64,000 bases of DNA from the human T2T-CHM13v2.0 reference genome, Homo sapiens: NCBI RefSeq assembly GCF_009914755.1, contig NC_060940.1. One strand, written 5' to 3'. Below are positions 40,956-55,509 of the stretch, piece after piece. Within the stretch, counting starts at the first letter, position 1. Every line of letters begins with the position of its first letter. The translations under genes were made by a program, and so were the position numbers. The notes beneath the pieces are model-generated. The model was not told where the DNA came from. It saw only the letters and a list, made by a program, of their open reading frames with translations, and made no database searches.

Positions 40956-41841
40956 GACCCTGACCTTGGACAAGGTTCTTGGCTAACATTTCCACTTGGT
41001 AGACTGGGAATCTAAGACCCATAGACAGCAAGAAACTTTCCCAACTTTACACAGCTAGTTAAAACAGAATCAGAACTAGAAGTACTTTCTACTGTCACAT
41101 ATGGTGCCCCCTCTGACTTAGATCATAAACTTCATGAGGATTTAAGTAAATCTGTAAGCCACCTAGCAAACCCTTGCAAGCTGCTAGGCCCCTAACGAGC
41201 TCTTTCAGATTGATTGAAAATATGACCTGGAAAATGTCATAATGACATTTCATAATAGTGTTGTGTTAGTTTGTAATGTACAGTATATTACACAAATTCA
41301 TCAAATGCTTGCAGAATTAATAGTACCATGCTACCATTCTTATACAAATTTTAATAGGAATGAGCATCTATATTTATATGCAGGAATTCCAGATTAGGCA
41401 GTTATTTGGTTTTCTACAAATACAGAAAATCAATGACAATCCAAAAACCTATTACAGCTAAAAAGTGACTTAAAATGTAAAATGGGAATTTCTACCTTTT
41501 TAACCACTGAAACTACTTCTTTATTGAAGCTGAAAGATATTTAAAAGGAAACACATTTTTTGCCGGAGATTTGTTGACATATCAACAACCCAGTTATCCT
41601 ACAAAGGTACCCAGGGTTCAGGACATGGAAGAATCCTAGGGTTATTACCCATAATCCCTATCCCTTTGAATTGCCCATTATTGAACCATTTATTTGGCTC
41701 CAGTGATAAACAGAACTCTCTCCCCACTGCACAGCTACAGCTCCAAAGGAAAAGATGGCTTAGGTGTGTGAATAAAGAAAGTAGTGATATTACATTGTTT
41801 ATTATCATAGTGCACTCAGATGTGATGACTGACTACCATCC

Positions 41842-42334
41842 ATGGTCGGCAGAATAATGGTCCCCTAAAGGTATCCACACCCTAATCCCTGAAATCTATG
41901 AATGTGTTACGTTACATGGCAAAGGAGAATTAAGGTGGCAGAAGGAATTGAGCTTGCTAATCAGATGACCTGATGATAGCGAGATTATTCTGGATGATTG
42001 CAATTGGTCCAGTGTAATCACAAAGGCCCATAAAGTGGAGTAGGGTGACTTAAGAATCAGAGTCAGAGTGATGTAATGTTAGAAATACTCTGCCAGCCAT
42101 TGCTGGCTTTGAAAGTTGAAGGGAACCATGAGCCAAAGAATGGGGACAGTCACAGAAGGTGGAAAAAGAGAAGACACAGATTCTCCCACAGAGCCTCCAG
42201 AAAGAAACAATTTTCACCCACGAAGACCCATTTTGAACTTCTAAAGTCCAGAACTATATAAAATCGTAAACTTGTATTGCCTTAAACCACTATGCTTATG
42301 GTAATTTGTTACAACCACCACAGAAATGAAAACA
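41842..42334 (+). mobile_element. MLT1D LTR
   Basis: ggcagaataatggtcccctaaag..ttacatggcaaagga..gtaatttgttaca. Confidence 0.8.
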
Positions 42335-44022
42335 CCACATTTCTAGGATGGTCAGTTATGTGTTAATATCAATGTCAAACAAAACATTTAGATAATAATA
42401 TCACTCTCAAGCATAAGAGTCATAAAAAGTAAGATATTGAGATGATCAACCAAAATAAACAAGAAAATAGCATTGCTATCTGGAACAAGATAGTAGACAT
42501 TTTCCAAGGATGAGGCCAAATAAGTGTAAATAGAAGCCCTAACATTTTCTTACGACATCTCCAATGAATTGTCTTCTGCACCCCTCAAAGTAGGAACATT
42601 CTGCTTTGAAGATGATCATGCTTGAAGCTACAATCTGTATCTGACGCATATTTCAACTTGTTCTCCAACATAGCTGCTGAGTTTAACACAAAGCCATATA
42701 GAGGTCATTTCTATAGAGCACAATAAATACCATTATGTGTTGGACGGATGGATGGATCACTTTTCTCCCCTTGCAAGGTAAGACATTGTCATGAAGAAGG
42801 TAAAGGACTGGGATTCAGGAGTCTGGTCTAGCTCCTAACTAGCTGTGAGATCTTGAGCAAGTCACTTCACATCTCTGGGCTTTGGTTTTCTCACTGTGAA
42901 AAATACAAGATGAGCTCTAAAGCTCCTTGGAACACAAAGGTCAAGGATGCTAGAGACTGGGGTGATGATGGGAAAATGCAGGAGATGATCAATTCAGAAA
43001 GTCCTTAGAAAACAGGCAAGGGGTGAATTCAAGCATTTTGATGATCCCTACCAATGTTACCACAGCCCTGCTTTGTCTATGTGGATTCAGTAGGGCCAGG
43101 ATGAATCCTGGAAGTTTCCAAGTGGTACTACAGGATCATCTTCCCCTTAAGCCGGAGATCCTGGTGATGGCGCCCCAACAGCTGGCACCCTGGTCCCTGA
43201 CTCAGCCTAACTCCCACAGCAGAGCTGGTCAGAAAAAACAAGCATGCAGATGAGGAGGGCATGGACAAATGAGGTCATACCACATGAAACTTCTAAACTC
43301 AGTGCCTATGTAAAGCAATGGTCAGTAAGGAATTTTCCTCATTGGCCTGCTTTGACAGGTCTGGAGAAATACCATGCTGAGGTCTTACCTTCCTCTGAGG
43401 CTGCTGCACACATGCGCCACAGCCAAAGGCAGATTCTGGCTCTATCAGACCAATTATTTCACAGGACATAAGAGTACCTAGTCTGATGTTCCTTTCATTT
43501 CCATTACTATCTCACTCAATCACTTCTGAATGTAGTGACAGGACTTGGCTTCCTTCCCTAGAGAACTCTGCTCACTGTCCAGTCCTTATTGCCTTAAAGA
43601 ATTTTTTTTTTTTTTTTACTAATGGCTACAATATTTTTTCTCGCTTCACTTTAGGCCATGGCTCCTGGTCCCTGCCATCCCGGAAGATGGTGACTAATCC
43701 TTTTCTCTCATTGATATGGTTACCCTGAAAGTATTTATAGACTGTGGTCACCTCCCCCACAGAGGCCTTTCTTCTGGGAGGATATAAATTACTTCTTCAG
43801 TCAGTCCACTCAAGTTTGTTCTCCCAACCTTCATATCATTTTTGTGGCCTTTCTTTTCTTTCTTCTACATTTTATTTCCCTCTTAAACTGTGGGGATGTG
43901 AGCCACAGCTAACTTTCCAGATGTGGTTAGAATCTTCTTGGGTGAGGCAGAACCATCCAGTTCTCCACCTCCACCCCCTCGCCACAGACCTTTCCTTTGA
44001 AAATGGAATTGGAATTGCTGTG

Positions 44023-44375
44023 TGTACTAGTCTGTTTTCACACTGCTGATACAGACATACCTGAGACTGGGCAATTTACAAAAGGAAGAGGTTTATTGGA
44101 CTCACAGTTCCACATGGCTGGGGAGACCTCACATCATGGTGGAAGGCAAGGCGGAGCAAGTCACATCTTACGTGGATGGCAGCAGGCAAAGAGAGAGCTT
44201 GTGCAGATAAACTCCCCCTCATAAAACCATCAGATCTTGTAAGACTTACTTGCCATCACGCGAACAGCATGGGAAAGGCCTGCCCCCATGATTCAGTTAC
44301 CTCCCACCAGGTAGCTCCCACAACATGTGAGAATTCAAGATGAGATTTAGGTGGGGACACAGCCAAACCATATCA
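44023..44375 (-). mobile_element. THE1 (THE1B-like) solo LTR
   Basis: tgtactagtctgttttcac..cagccaaaccatatca with 5-bp TSD ctgtg. Confidence 0.92.
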
Positions 44376-44874
44376 CTGTGCATACCTCGTTTGGGTGGTC
44401 ATCTACTTTCTGCCGTAGGTGTCTTTCAGATATGTCCGTTCTGCAGTTAGCTAGTCTCCTTCTCACTTGGATCTTGGCTGTTTGAATCCCTGCCTGAGTA
44501 AGGAACTGTGTATTTAGCACAACTGCATCTCATCCTCGGCCTGCAGCTCCTGTCTCTCAATGGTATTCTTCACCTGGCCATTTGATTCTATAATAACTTC
44601 ATATGGGGGGTGTGTGTTTCTGAGCTATCTAATCTGGCTGTCACTAAATACATATGCATAATTACTACCGCATATCAGACACTGTTCTTAGAAAATTCTT
44701 GCTTTGGGAGAATCTCCAGGCATCTTGAAAGACATGACTCATTTCCCACACTGCCACTACCTGCAGAGATCTCAGAGCATTTATTTCTAAACTCAGAAGC
44801 ATTTGTTTTTGGTCTCAGCTCCAGGACTTGGCTGTGTCATGCTATCCTAGGTAGAGGATTTTGGGTCCTTAGAC

Positions 44875-45110
44875 CCAGGCTGATCAATGCAGTGGCTGTT
44901 AGCCACATGGGGCTACTCAAAGTTAATGAAATTAATCAGTAAATAAATGGAAATAAGACAAACAAAAATCAAATCAAGTTTAAAATTTGGTTCCTGGGTT
45001 TCACTAGCTACATCTCAAATGCTCAATGGCCACAGTGGCTAGTGGCTACCGTGTTGCACGGCACAGATATGGCACATTTCCACCATCACAGAAAGTTCTA
45101 GAGGAGGGTG
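44875..45110 (+). mobile_element. MER3/MER33-like element
   Basis: cactagctacatctcaaatgctcaatggccacagtggctagtggctacc..catcacagaaagttct. Confidence 0.7.
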
Positions 45111-45697
45111 CCACCCCAGGCAGCTGTGTCCCACAGTCTCCCTTTCTTTATGGTCCTCAGACCTCACCACCAGGCAGTAGTTCTCCCCATCCCTTGTGCT
45201 ACATTTTCCATTATCATCAAACTGTTTGTATCAGTGGAGATGGAGAACAGATGGTCCTCACCTTTATGCATCCAACACACACTTACTGAGCTCCCAGTAT
45301 GAGCCAGGCCCTGGTCCTGTCTCTGGGGATAAGCAGTGAATAAGGATCTGTCCACCTGAGGCTTCCATTCCAGTGGATGAGAGAAACAATTAACAAGTAT
45401 CTACATAATAATGTGTCCGTGGAAAGCCCGAATGCAAGGAAAGGGACAGAGAGAGGGCCATCCGGGAAGGCCTGTCTCAGGTAGAGATATGTGAGCAAGC
45501 ATTTGGGCACAGTGCAGAAGTGAACCACGTGACATTTCACATAATTTCAGTGTTAGTTATGTGAAGTTGTAAATAAAGCCATGGGTGTTGATGAAAACAC
45601 CTAGGGGGCAAATGTAAAGAAAGGAGAGAAGGTTTAGAGCTCAGTACCAGGGGACTCCAACATTCCCTGGTACAACACTTCTAAAAAGTTGAAAAGA

Positions 45698-45978
45698 GGC
45701 CAGATGCAGTGGCTCATGCCTGTAAACCAAGCAATTTGGGAGGCTAAATTAAGAGGATCTCTTGACGCCAGGAGCTCCAGACTAACCTGGGCAACATAAT
45801 GAGACCCTCTTTCTACAAAAACATAAAAAATTAGCCAGGCACGGTGACATGTGCTTGTAGTCCCAGCTACTCGGGAGCTTAGGCAGGAGGACTGTTTGAG
45901 CCCAGGGTTTGCAGTAAACTATGATTGTGCCACTGCACTCTAGCCTAGCTGACAGAGCAATATACTGTCTCTAAAAAA
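45698..45978 (+). mobile_element. AluJ
   Basis: diverged Alu, TSD aaaaagtt(g/a)aaaaga. Confidence 0.9.
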
Positions 45979-47949
45979 AAAAAGTTAAAAAGATACTAAG
46001 CTTTTATTAATCTCACTTTAATTATTTACTCATGACTCCTTGGTCCAAAAACTCTCCAAATTCATTTTTGTAATGGGTAAGGGTGGACATTGTCTATTTT
46101 ACTATTCACTGTAGAATCCCCATGGCCTAGCATGGTGCTTGTATAAGCTCATTAGGTAGTTGGTGAATGAATGAAGGCTGAGAGAAAGGGGATTTGAGCT
46201 CATCCCTTTCATGACCACCATTGCTGCCTTCACAGTCCATGCTGGCTTTAGAACAACCATACCCATGACACACCAGGACCCCAGAGTTGGGTGTCCCAGA
46301 GGTATCCAAACAAATACCCATATGCTCTGTTCTTCCTACTTGTAAGCACCTGACTTACCTCCAGACTCAATCTTTATACCACTGTATCCACTGATGATGC
46401 TAATCCTAAGTAACAAATATGCTTGTCTATGCACCCCCCAAAGATGGTGCCATTTGTAAGGCAAATAGTTATGCACCATTACCTTCTACAGCTTGAGGCA
46501 TCCATTGCACAAGGAACAGCTGGGCAACATCACTAAGCCACCGATGGTAACTGAGTACAACCTCGGTTTATCAGTCAGACAACGGTGGTTTTCTTAATGG
46601 GAGTGGTTTTTCAACTCTAGTATTTGGAACTGTGAGTGAGCATGTAAATGAATGCATTTGCTCCAGGAAGTTGTTCACAGGACTTATTTCGAGACCTGAA
46701 CCTTGCATGAATTGCTCCTAATCACATTTAATCTGGAAGTATGTCCTGAACACTCTACCTTCAAAATTCATCTTACATCCTTTTACGTCTCCCTATCTCC
46801 AATCCAGGACCCTGGTCTAACCCCAGATATCATCTCTTGGACTCTGCTAGCAGCCATGGAAATAGTACCCTGCTTCCATCCCCGCCTCTTCTCATTCCAT
46901 TTTTCAAGTATAGACACAGCTTAAGGGACAAACAAGATTCAAAACATGAGATTTCCAAAAGTAAATTTTCAAGGTACTCCTATGGGAAAGCGCCGTTGAG
47001 AATATCCTTCTCAGGTTTAGCACAGTCCCTCAAGGTAAGCACCTTCAACCCTGCTTCGACTGCAAAGAGTTCTTTAAGAAGGTATGACTGAGAGGTCTCC
47101 GCTTTTCCTTCTTCCTATTAAAAATGGCTCTTAGATGCTTTTATTCTTAGTGAGGCCATCCTATTGTAGCACCAATATAGTTATATAAGCGCATCGTTTC
47201 ATGCTCTATTCACCTTCTGAATCTTTTAACCCCACCTCCCTCAGCTGAGAAAAGAAATACTATGGGTTTAAATCTATCCTCTATCAGCTGCAGCACGATA
47301 ATTCTTACCCTAGGGCCCCAAACCCTCATTTCAGACGGACTAATCCAAACCTCTTTTGGAGGCAATGCTATTTCCTTCACTACCTGGTTTGGCCGTGTGC
47401 TGAGCCCCAGTTATATTTAGGCAGTGGAGGGGAAAAATAGGGATATTAACCTCTAACACTGATGAAAATAATAGCCACAATAAAATCCAGATGAAAAACG
47501 CAGGGGTAGTAATTATTCGGCTCTACCTTACCCCAGAGGAAATAGTTTTCAGATAGAGCCTTAGAAATTTGTAAAAGGCTGCTCCATTTTTTAATAAGGC
47601 AGGTGTAGGGGCTTTCTGGAGGCAGAGGAGGGTTTGCCAGAGTCTCAGACAATGTGCCATTAAGTGATGGGGCCCCCAGTAGAACCCTGCTCCTCTCCCT
47701 CAATTCTGGAGAGGTTGAAAAATCTGAGGATGTAGACTCTTGGAGCCACTTCCTTTTTCTGATCTATCTGGCAGCAGCCTAGTGTGGAAAATATACTAGG
47801 CTATATTTCAAATAACCTAAACCAACTGGCAAAAGGTACTAAATTCTTGCTTTTGTGTCTGGCTCTTAAACTCCTGCAGACCTGACTTAACAGACAAGAG
47901 AGGGTCATAAAACTGAACCTGTGAAACAAAAATAGACCTTTCGGGACTT

Positions 47950-48780
47950 CTCATACACACACAGCAGGGATGCCAAAATCGCTTTCATTTTTTCATGTTG
48001 CAAATCGCGTTGTGCTTCCTCCACGTCCTCCTGGGTCTGAGCAGGCATGGGGAGAAGGCGACTTTCTTTGCACAGCATGTCTATGACTGAAGTGTGCAGG
48101 GCTAGGAGAGCTTAAATTGTTAGGGTCCCGTCTTTATGTAAAACAACAACTCCACCTTCCCACAACCTCTCCATTTCCGTAATTAATTTCAGACAGCTAA
48201 GACGACATGCCCCAGTTCTATGCGCTACTCTAACTGCTGTGGTTTAAAAAAGGCTTTATGCTTTAAGGTTTCCTCTTTCAGAAATCAAATAATTTAGATC
48301 TTTAAAAAAACATACACAAGTGCCTTCTGGCTATCGACGACAGGGAGTAGCAATAATAGAAAATAATAATAGTAAAAATATGCAACCGCGTTAATGCCAG
48401 GGACCTGGGGATGCAATAGACAGAAATGAAATTAGAGGGGAAATCATAATATTGCTGAAGTGCTCGAATGCGGCTCTCACACTAAGACCAGGGGGATTGG
48501 GATAAGGTAAAGTTAATTGCGTTTCCAGATGACAAACCTCTCACCTCTGAACTGAATGGCTCTTTATAAAAGCTATCAGTAATAAACTGTAAATCTCAGC
48601 CATGATTGCAAATAAAGGTCATCCCTTTCATGCTGCCACTTTCCTAGGCCTTATTACATTCCCGCCTGAACCGTTCGCACTTCTTAAGGTGTGCCAGCTG
48701 TCCATATAAGCAATCAGTACGGCCTGCTTGCTTTATTTTTTTTAAGGAACAATATTATCAGATTTACATCCATGCACATT
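47950..48780. promoter_or_regulatory. Candidate conserved enhancer
   Basis: repeat-free, roughly 20 CpG; GATAAG 48501, GTAATAAA 48579, AAGGTCA 48615, TAAT cores. Confidence 0.4.
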
Positions 48781-49063
48781 GTGTACCTGAATTGGGCCAA
48801 TCTCCTCCTCCTGGAAGGAAGGCAACATCCGGAGCTAGGATTACTCTTCATCTTCTCCCATGAACGTAGAGGAGGTATTGCATTCCCCTATTTCACAAGC
48901 TAGCATCACCACGCTTTGTAAGAAGGAACACACACCATCTAACACATCGATCCTAATTGCTGTGGTCCTGCCACAATTTCCCTTTCTCATATGTGCAGGG
49001 CAAGGATCCCTGTCCTCCGCCACTCCCTGGATCAATGAGCCTCCTTTAGAAAGGTGAGTTAAA

Positions 49064-49377
49064 GGCTGGGCACGGTGGCTCATGCCTGTAATCCCAGCAC
49101 TTTAGGAGGCCAAGGCAGGAGGATCATGAGGTCAGGAGTTCAAGACCAGCCCAGCTAATATGGTGAAACCCCGTCTCTACTAAAAATATAAAAAATTAGC
49201 CAGGTGTGGTGGCGCGTGCCTGTAGTCTCAGCTACTCAGGAGGCTGAGGCAGGAGAAGCACTTGAACTTGGGAGGCAGAGGTTGCAGTGAGCCAAGATCA
49301 AAATCACGCCACTGCGCTCCAGCCTGGGCGACAGAGTGAGACTCTGTCTCAAAAAAAAAAAAAAAAAAAAAAAAAAA
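49064..49377 (+). mobile_element. AluSg-like
   Basis: ggatcatgaggtcaggagttc; long A tail; degenerate TSD aaag(g/c)t(g/t)agttaaa. Confidence 0.93.
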
Positions 49378-49499
49378 GCTTAGTTAAATCTAATTTAACA
49401 GAATTAAGAAAACATTTATTTATTTCATTTCTACTACATACATGACACTGTCCCCAAATCTTTTTTTCTCCGTGCATCTTTCCAACTGTATCAATGATA

Positions 49500-49700
49500 A
49501 CAATGGCTGATACCCAATGAGTACTTACTCTGTGCCAGTTATGGTGCTAAGCACTTAACATCCAGTACCTCATCTAATCCTCACACTTGCTATGTCTGGG
49601 TGACATGTTATCTCCATTTTGCATGTAAGGAAAGTGAGGCTCAGGCAGGTTACTGCCTCAGGTTGCCAACAACTGCAAGAATCAGAACTGGGACTTTTTT
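49500..49700 (-). mobile_element. MIR
   Basis: ctcatctaatcctcac..tctccattttgcatgtaaggaaagtgaggctcag. Confidence 0.7.
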
Positions 49701-49814
49701 TTTCTCTGTAGCTAAAGGGAGTATCTGGAAGGGATTGAGAAAGATGGAATGTCACAAAATAGCAAAGTCAATTCCTGGATGTTAAGCTGACTTCCCAGAA
49801 ACTCACTCTGGCTA

Positions 49815-49920
49815 CACTGAGCCATGTTCATGCCCTTGCATTCCAGCCTGGATGACAGAGTGAGACCCTGTCTCCAGAAATAAAAATGTAAAAAATGAAA
49901 ATGAAAAAAATAATATCAAA
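49815..49920 (+). mobile_element. Heavily 5'-truncated Alu 3' end
   Basis: ttccagcctggatgacagagtgagaccctgtctc plus A-rich tail; ctcactc at both flanks. Confidence 0.75.
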
Positions 49921-51554
49921 CAAAATAAATATTTTTTAAAAGCTCACTCCCATGAAATAGAGCAGATGTTGAAAATGACCCATGCTGAGGAAGAGAAATG
50001 GCTATACCAATAATTCTTATGCAACAACTCTCATCTAAGAGACACCACATAAACCACTACCTTTACTGTTGAAGGAGTGTTAAAAAAAAAAAAAAAAAAA
50101 AAAAGCATTGGACTTCAACTCAAAATGAAATCTAGTCCTAAATCTATTTTGATGTCACTTACCATTTGGGCATTTATTCATTTGATCACCAAGTGACAAG
50201 TTAGAAAATTGCTCTGTGAGATTTCAATTTCTCTGTTAATTACCTTACCTTGTCTACAAAAGTTGTATTGAATGGATGGTGAAAATATTTTGCAAAATAA
50301 CATGTTCTTCAAATACAAGTTTAAAATCACAATAATTCCCTCAGTGGTAGCAGCAATATGTATTAAGCTGCTGTTTTAAGCTGGGTTCTAACTATTTTCC
50401 AAAGTCAGACTTAGGAAAAATCCTAATAGGTGAGACCTACCACTGGTGCATTTGCTTATTATCTATTCAAAATGACAGTCATTTCCCCTGCATGTGCCTC
50501 TGCACAGCGCTAAATTCTAAAGGATTTAGAAAGGTCTGAAGCGCCTTGCTGTTGCCTTCCAAGAGCTTACAGTTTCTTCTGATGAAAATACAATGGTAAG
50601 ACGGCAATGCAGGATTGCTGGCTCCAAATAACACCAGAAATCATATCAATCCAAAAACAATGACTAACAGTCTGTGCCTGAGCCGAAGAAAAGTCAAGAT
50701 CACTTCATATTAGGGAGCATCTGGGAAGTTGAAAGTAGGAATTGTTCTTCTGTGGAATATTAATCGTTAAGTTTCTAAATGGAAAATGCACAAGTGAGTA
50801 GAAAATGAGAAAAGCTAAAACTGTTTTCTCTGAACACCTAGGATTCATCTGCTCTAGAATAAGCCTGAGTGTCCCCAGCTCCGCCCTAGGGTGGGGGTGG
50901 GTGGTCCAGATGGAAGCCCCACCAGATGGCTCCAGAGTGGCACACAGAACCCGTGTCTTGCATTTGGAACACAGAAACCAGCATATGGCTATAGCATTCC
51001 CGAGCCTCCCAACATGTGCCAAAGTATATCTTGGGAATTCTGGGGGTGATTTTTTTTCTTTATCGACTGAGCTCAAATTCATACATTCAAAGACCACCAC
51101 AGTAAAATCAGTAAATACAATAATGCTATGTTGGAATGAAACACTATTCAGTTATAGTAATTGCCCAGAAATTAATTTTTAAGTTAGTGATGAAAAGAAT
51201 TCATCTGAGAAAAAGACAACAATGACAATGATGAAGAAAGAGGAGGAGGAGGTGGTGGTGTTTCATTCTAGTATGGAATCGAGAAGAAAATCCAAAGAAT
51301 GAGGTTGCCTCTCCCGGGTCCTAAAATCCCACACATTGCTCATTTATTCATTCTCTCATTTACCCTGCCGTGTCTGCCATGGGCAAGGTGAAACATTTAA
51401 GACCCACAAAGATAGATAAGGTCCTAATCTACTAGGACCACGAATCATTCCACAAATGAAACTCCAAGGCAGAGAAGCACCAGTCAACAGTGAAAGCAGA
51501 AATGCGTTATGCTCCCGTTGTACAACAACAAAGATACCTTTGATGAAACAGTAA

Positions 51555-51825
<271 letters not shown>

Positions 51826-51948
51826 ATCCCAAGCCTTTCTAAGACTTCTTTTTCTCTCTTCACCTAGCGCAGACTATGAAGTCATGACTGAGATAGCTTC
51901 TGCCACCAGGGACTCCTTCCTGTAAACCAGCAAAACTCACTGCATTTG

Positions 51949-52591
<643 letters not shown>

Positions 52592-53076
52592 TGAATTCTG
52601 ATGCAGACTCATCATTCTCTGTTAATTTCTTTCCATTTGTGAATAACTTCATATTTTAAGAGTGGATATATGTGCAGAGTGCCTGCCATGAAAGTGCAAC
52701 ATAACTGCCAAGTGCTATTACTATTCAAAGGCTGCTTTTTTAGATACCTATTTGCTATTTACAGAGAAGTCCCTGGGTACACATGAAAGGTAATATCAGT
52801 TACTCAATAACAATAATGAAGAAGACTTGCATGTAAAAGCTACAGCTTTTGCTTCTTCTATATTAAAAGCTTTAGCAGTGATTATGATGAACAAAAGAGA
52901 AAGGGACCATTTGCTTGGGAAGATGAGGAAATTAATATAATTTGGGAGCTCTCAAGGAAGTCGGAGTGTTAAACCTAGTTACTTTGTTTAACACTCCCTG
53001 CCTCATTACCTGAGCAAGAGAGCAAGCAACGTAGCTGTATAAATCTGGAATCACGATGCTTTTTTCCGTGAGATCC

Positions 53077-53253
53077 ATGATTCTCAAACTTCAACATTCA
53101 TCAGAATTTTACCTGAAGGCCTTTGTAAGGCTCTACCCCCAAAGATTGTGATTAAGCAGCTCGATTATAAGGCTAGAGCCTGATCATTTGTGTTTTTAAC
53201 AAGTTCCCAGGTCACGTTGCTGCTACTCCTGCATCACACTTTGGGAACCACTG
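53077..53253 (+). mobile_element. MER5A
   Basis: catgattctcaaactt..tttttaacaagttcccaggt..cacactttgggaaccactg. Confidence 0.7.
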
Positions 53254-53261
53254 GTGTAGAT

Positions 53262-53465
53262 CATGGTTTGGCAAACTATGGCCCACTGCTTGTATTTGTA
53301 AGTCACGTTTTGTTAGAACACAGCCACACTCATCATTTGCATAACATCTATGGCTGTCTCACACTACAGTGGCAGAATTGAGTCATTACAACACAGACTG
53401 TGTGGCCTCCAAAGTTAAAAATATTTACTACTGGGTCCTTTACAGAAGAATTGTGCTGACTTTCA
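53262..53465 (+). mobile_element. MER58A
   Basis: ggcaaactatggccca..gaacacagccac..aaaatatttacta..cctttacagaa; 8-bp TSD gt(g/a)tagat. Confidence 0.8.
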
Positions 53466-53532
53466 GTATAGATTATAGCCAGAGTCATAGGAACTTAGAG
53501 CTGGAAGAAACCATCTTTAACTTGATCCTCTA

Positions 53533-53882
<350 letters not shown>

Positions 53883-54139
53883 TCAGACTAAAGCCCAGGC
53901 AGGGTCTCCATTGCCCAGTGCAGAGTTCTGATCTCTACAGAAAGACTCTCTTTGGTCAGGAATGGTGCTTTAGATGCTCAGCTGGCTCTGTACAAAGTTA
54001 ACCGTACACGGAGCTCCTGTGTCCAAATGACAAATGTAAATCTTGAGACCTATGGAGAGATAAAGCTTGAGCCTCTGTTTTGTTGGGTAGGTGAATCCAA
54101 GTGCTGATACATTAGGTAGTGACCTACAAGGCAGAGACC

Positions 54140-54300
54140 TCTAACTTGTTTTAGGTCACAGAACGCTTTGGAGAATCTGTCAAAAGTTACAGACTTTCTA
54201 CCCCAGAAATATGTATAACACATGCAAAATTTTACATGCAATGTTAAAGGGCCCATTATCCCTGGAAGCCTACTCATGAGCAGCTATTTAAGGTCCCTAA
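54140..54300. mobile_element. MER117-like hAT fragment
   Basis: ggtcacaga..tttggagaatctg..acacatgcaaaattttacatgcaat. Confidence 0.45.
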
Positions 54301-54559
54301 TTTAGAGGAGGACTTGAAGGACGCTTCAAGCCTAGCTCTTTTCTGGTGGCAGTTATTCATCTGCCATCCTTCCCCTTAGAGAACATGAATATCCTTGAGT
54401 GAAGTGTAGTAGAAGCATGGGCTGCCCACTGATTATCTGTGGCTCCCCTTGTGGTTAGACGAGGCCAAACGAATAGGTCTGAAAAGTGGGCTCTGAGCAG
54501 GAGTGACAAGCTTAACTGCTGAGTAGAAGCATTAAAAGTTGGCGCATGACCCTCTGGTT

Positions 54560-54788
54560 CTGCCCTTGTCTGCAATAAAGGAAATCCTGGGTTCCAGGTT
54601 GTATGCTGCAAGATGACAGACCTGAAAGACTGGGTCCCTGAATCACTACATGGAGCAGACCCTTATCCAACACTGAGCTGAGTGAAATATGCACTGTTTC
54701 TTAGGAATAAACTGTTGTGTTAAGCTTCTGCAAATTGGGAGTTAATTTGTTACCACAGCACAACCTAATCTATTCCAACTAACTCAAT
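54560..54788 (+). mobile_element. MLT1 LTR 3' part
   Basis: ctgggtccctgaatcactacatggagcaga..aataaactgttgtgttaagc..tttgttaccacagca. Confidence 0.6.
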
Positions 54789-54899
54789 AGGTGAAAACTT
54801 CAGGATACATAATTCTATGGGATTCTCTATTTTCCCCAACTTCAGATGCTGGGGCAATATGGAAGTGCTAGTTGCCAGAGAGAGAGGGGGGCACTGAAA

Positions 54900-55300
54900 T
54901 GGAGGCCATGGTGAGCAGCCCACTCCCAGCTTCATGTCTAAGGCACTTATTCTCCAGCTGCCCGGAGAGTTGGCTTTGATGGCTCAGAGCTGAGTACCGG
55001 GCCAAGATGAGCCACCCCAGGCACAACCTGCAACCAATGACTAGTTAATGTGCTTATAAAGGCCCAACCCTCATTCCCCAGTTAGAGACAAATCTGTATG
55101 GCCAACCCAGCCTCAGAACTCCGTATGGGATCTGCTGAGGCCTCTGCTGCAACTACGCCACTGTTGAACTCTTTCCTGTGTCCAATCCCATTTCCTTCCC
55201 TCCCTTAGTCATGTTGTTCCCCAGTGTATGTCCCCAAAACCTCCTTTACACAAGTCTCCACCTCATGCTCTTTCTCTTTCTGGAGAACCCCATCTAAGGA
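54900..55300 (+). mobile_element. LTR16-like LTR
   Basis: caaccaatgact..tataaaggccca..ttctggagaaccccatctaag. Confidence 0.55.
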
Positions 55301-55509
55301 TGACACCCAGGAAAGAATGGGAGTTTAAGGTGGACAACAGTCAAAATTCGTTGTTGCTTTTTTAACCTGGAAAAACCCCAGAGGGAAAGTTGTGACCTAT
55401 AGCATGTGGGAAAGTTTCCCATTTTATTCTAGGAAATTGATGATTGATTCATTCAGATTCATATATTTTCTGTCCATTGTTAGTCAACTGTAAATCAGTA
55501 CTGATTGCA

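Noticed and set aside
50082-50104. Isolated A23 run as a retro-insertion
   Set aside because: No TSD or body; lies at an A-rich position of a MIR remnant, so slippage is sufficient.
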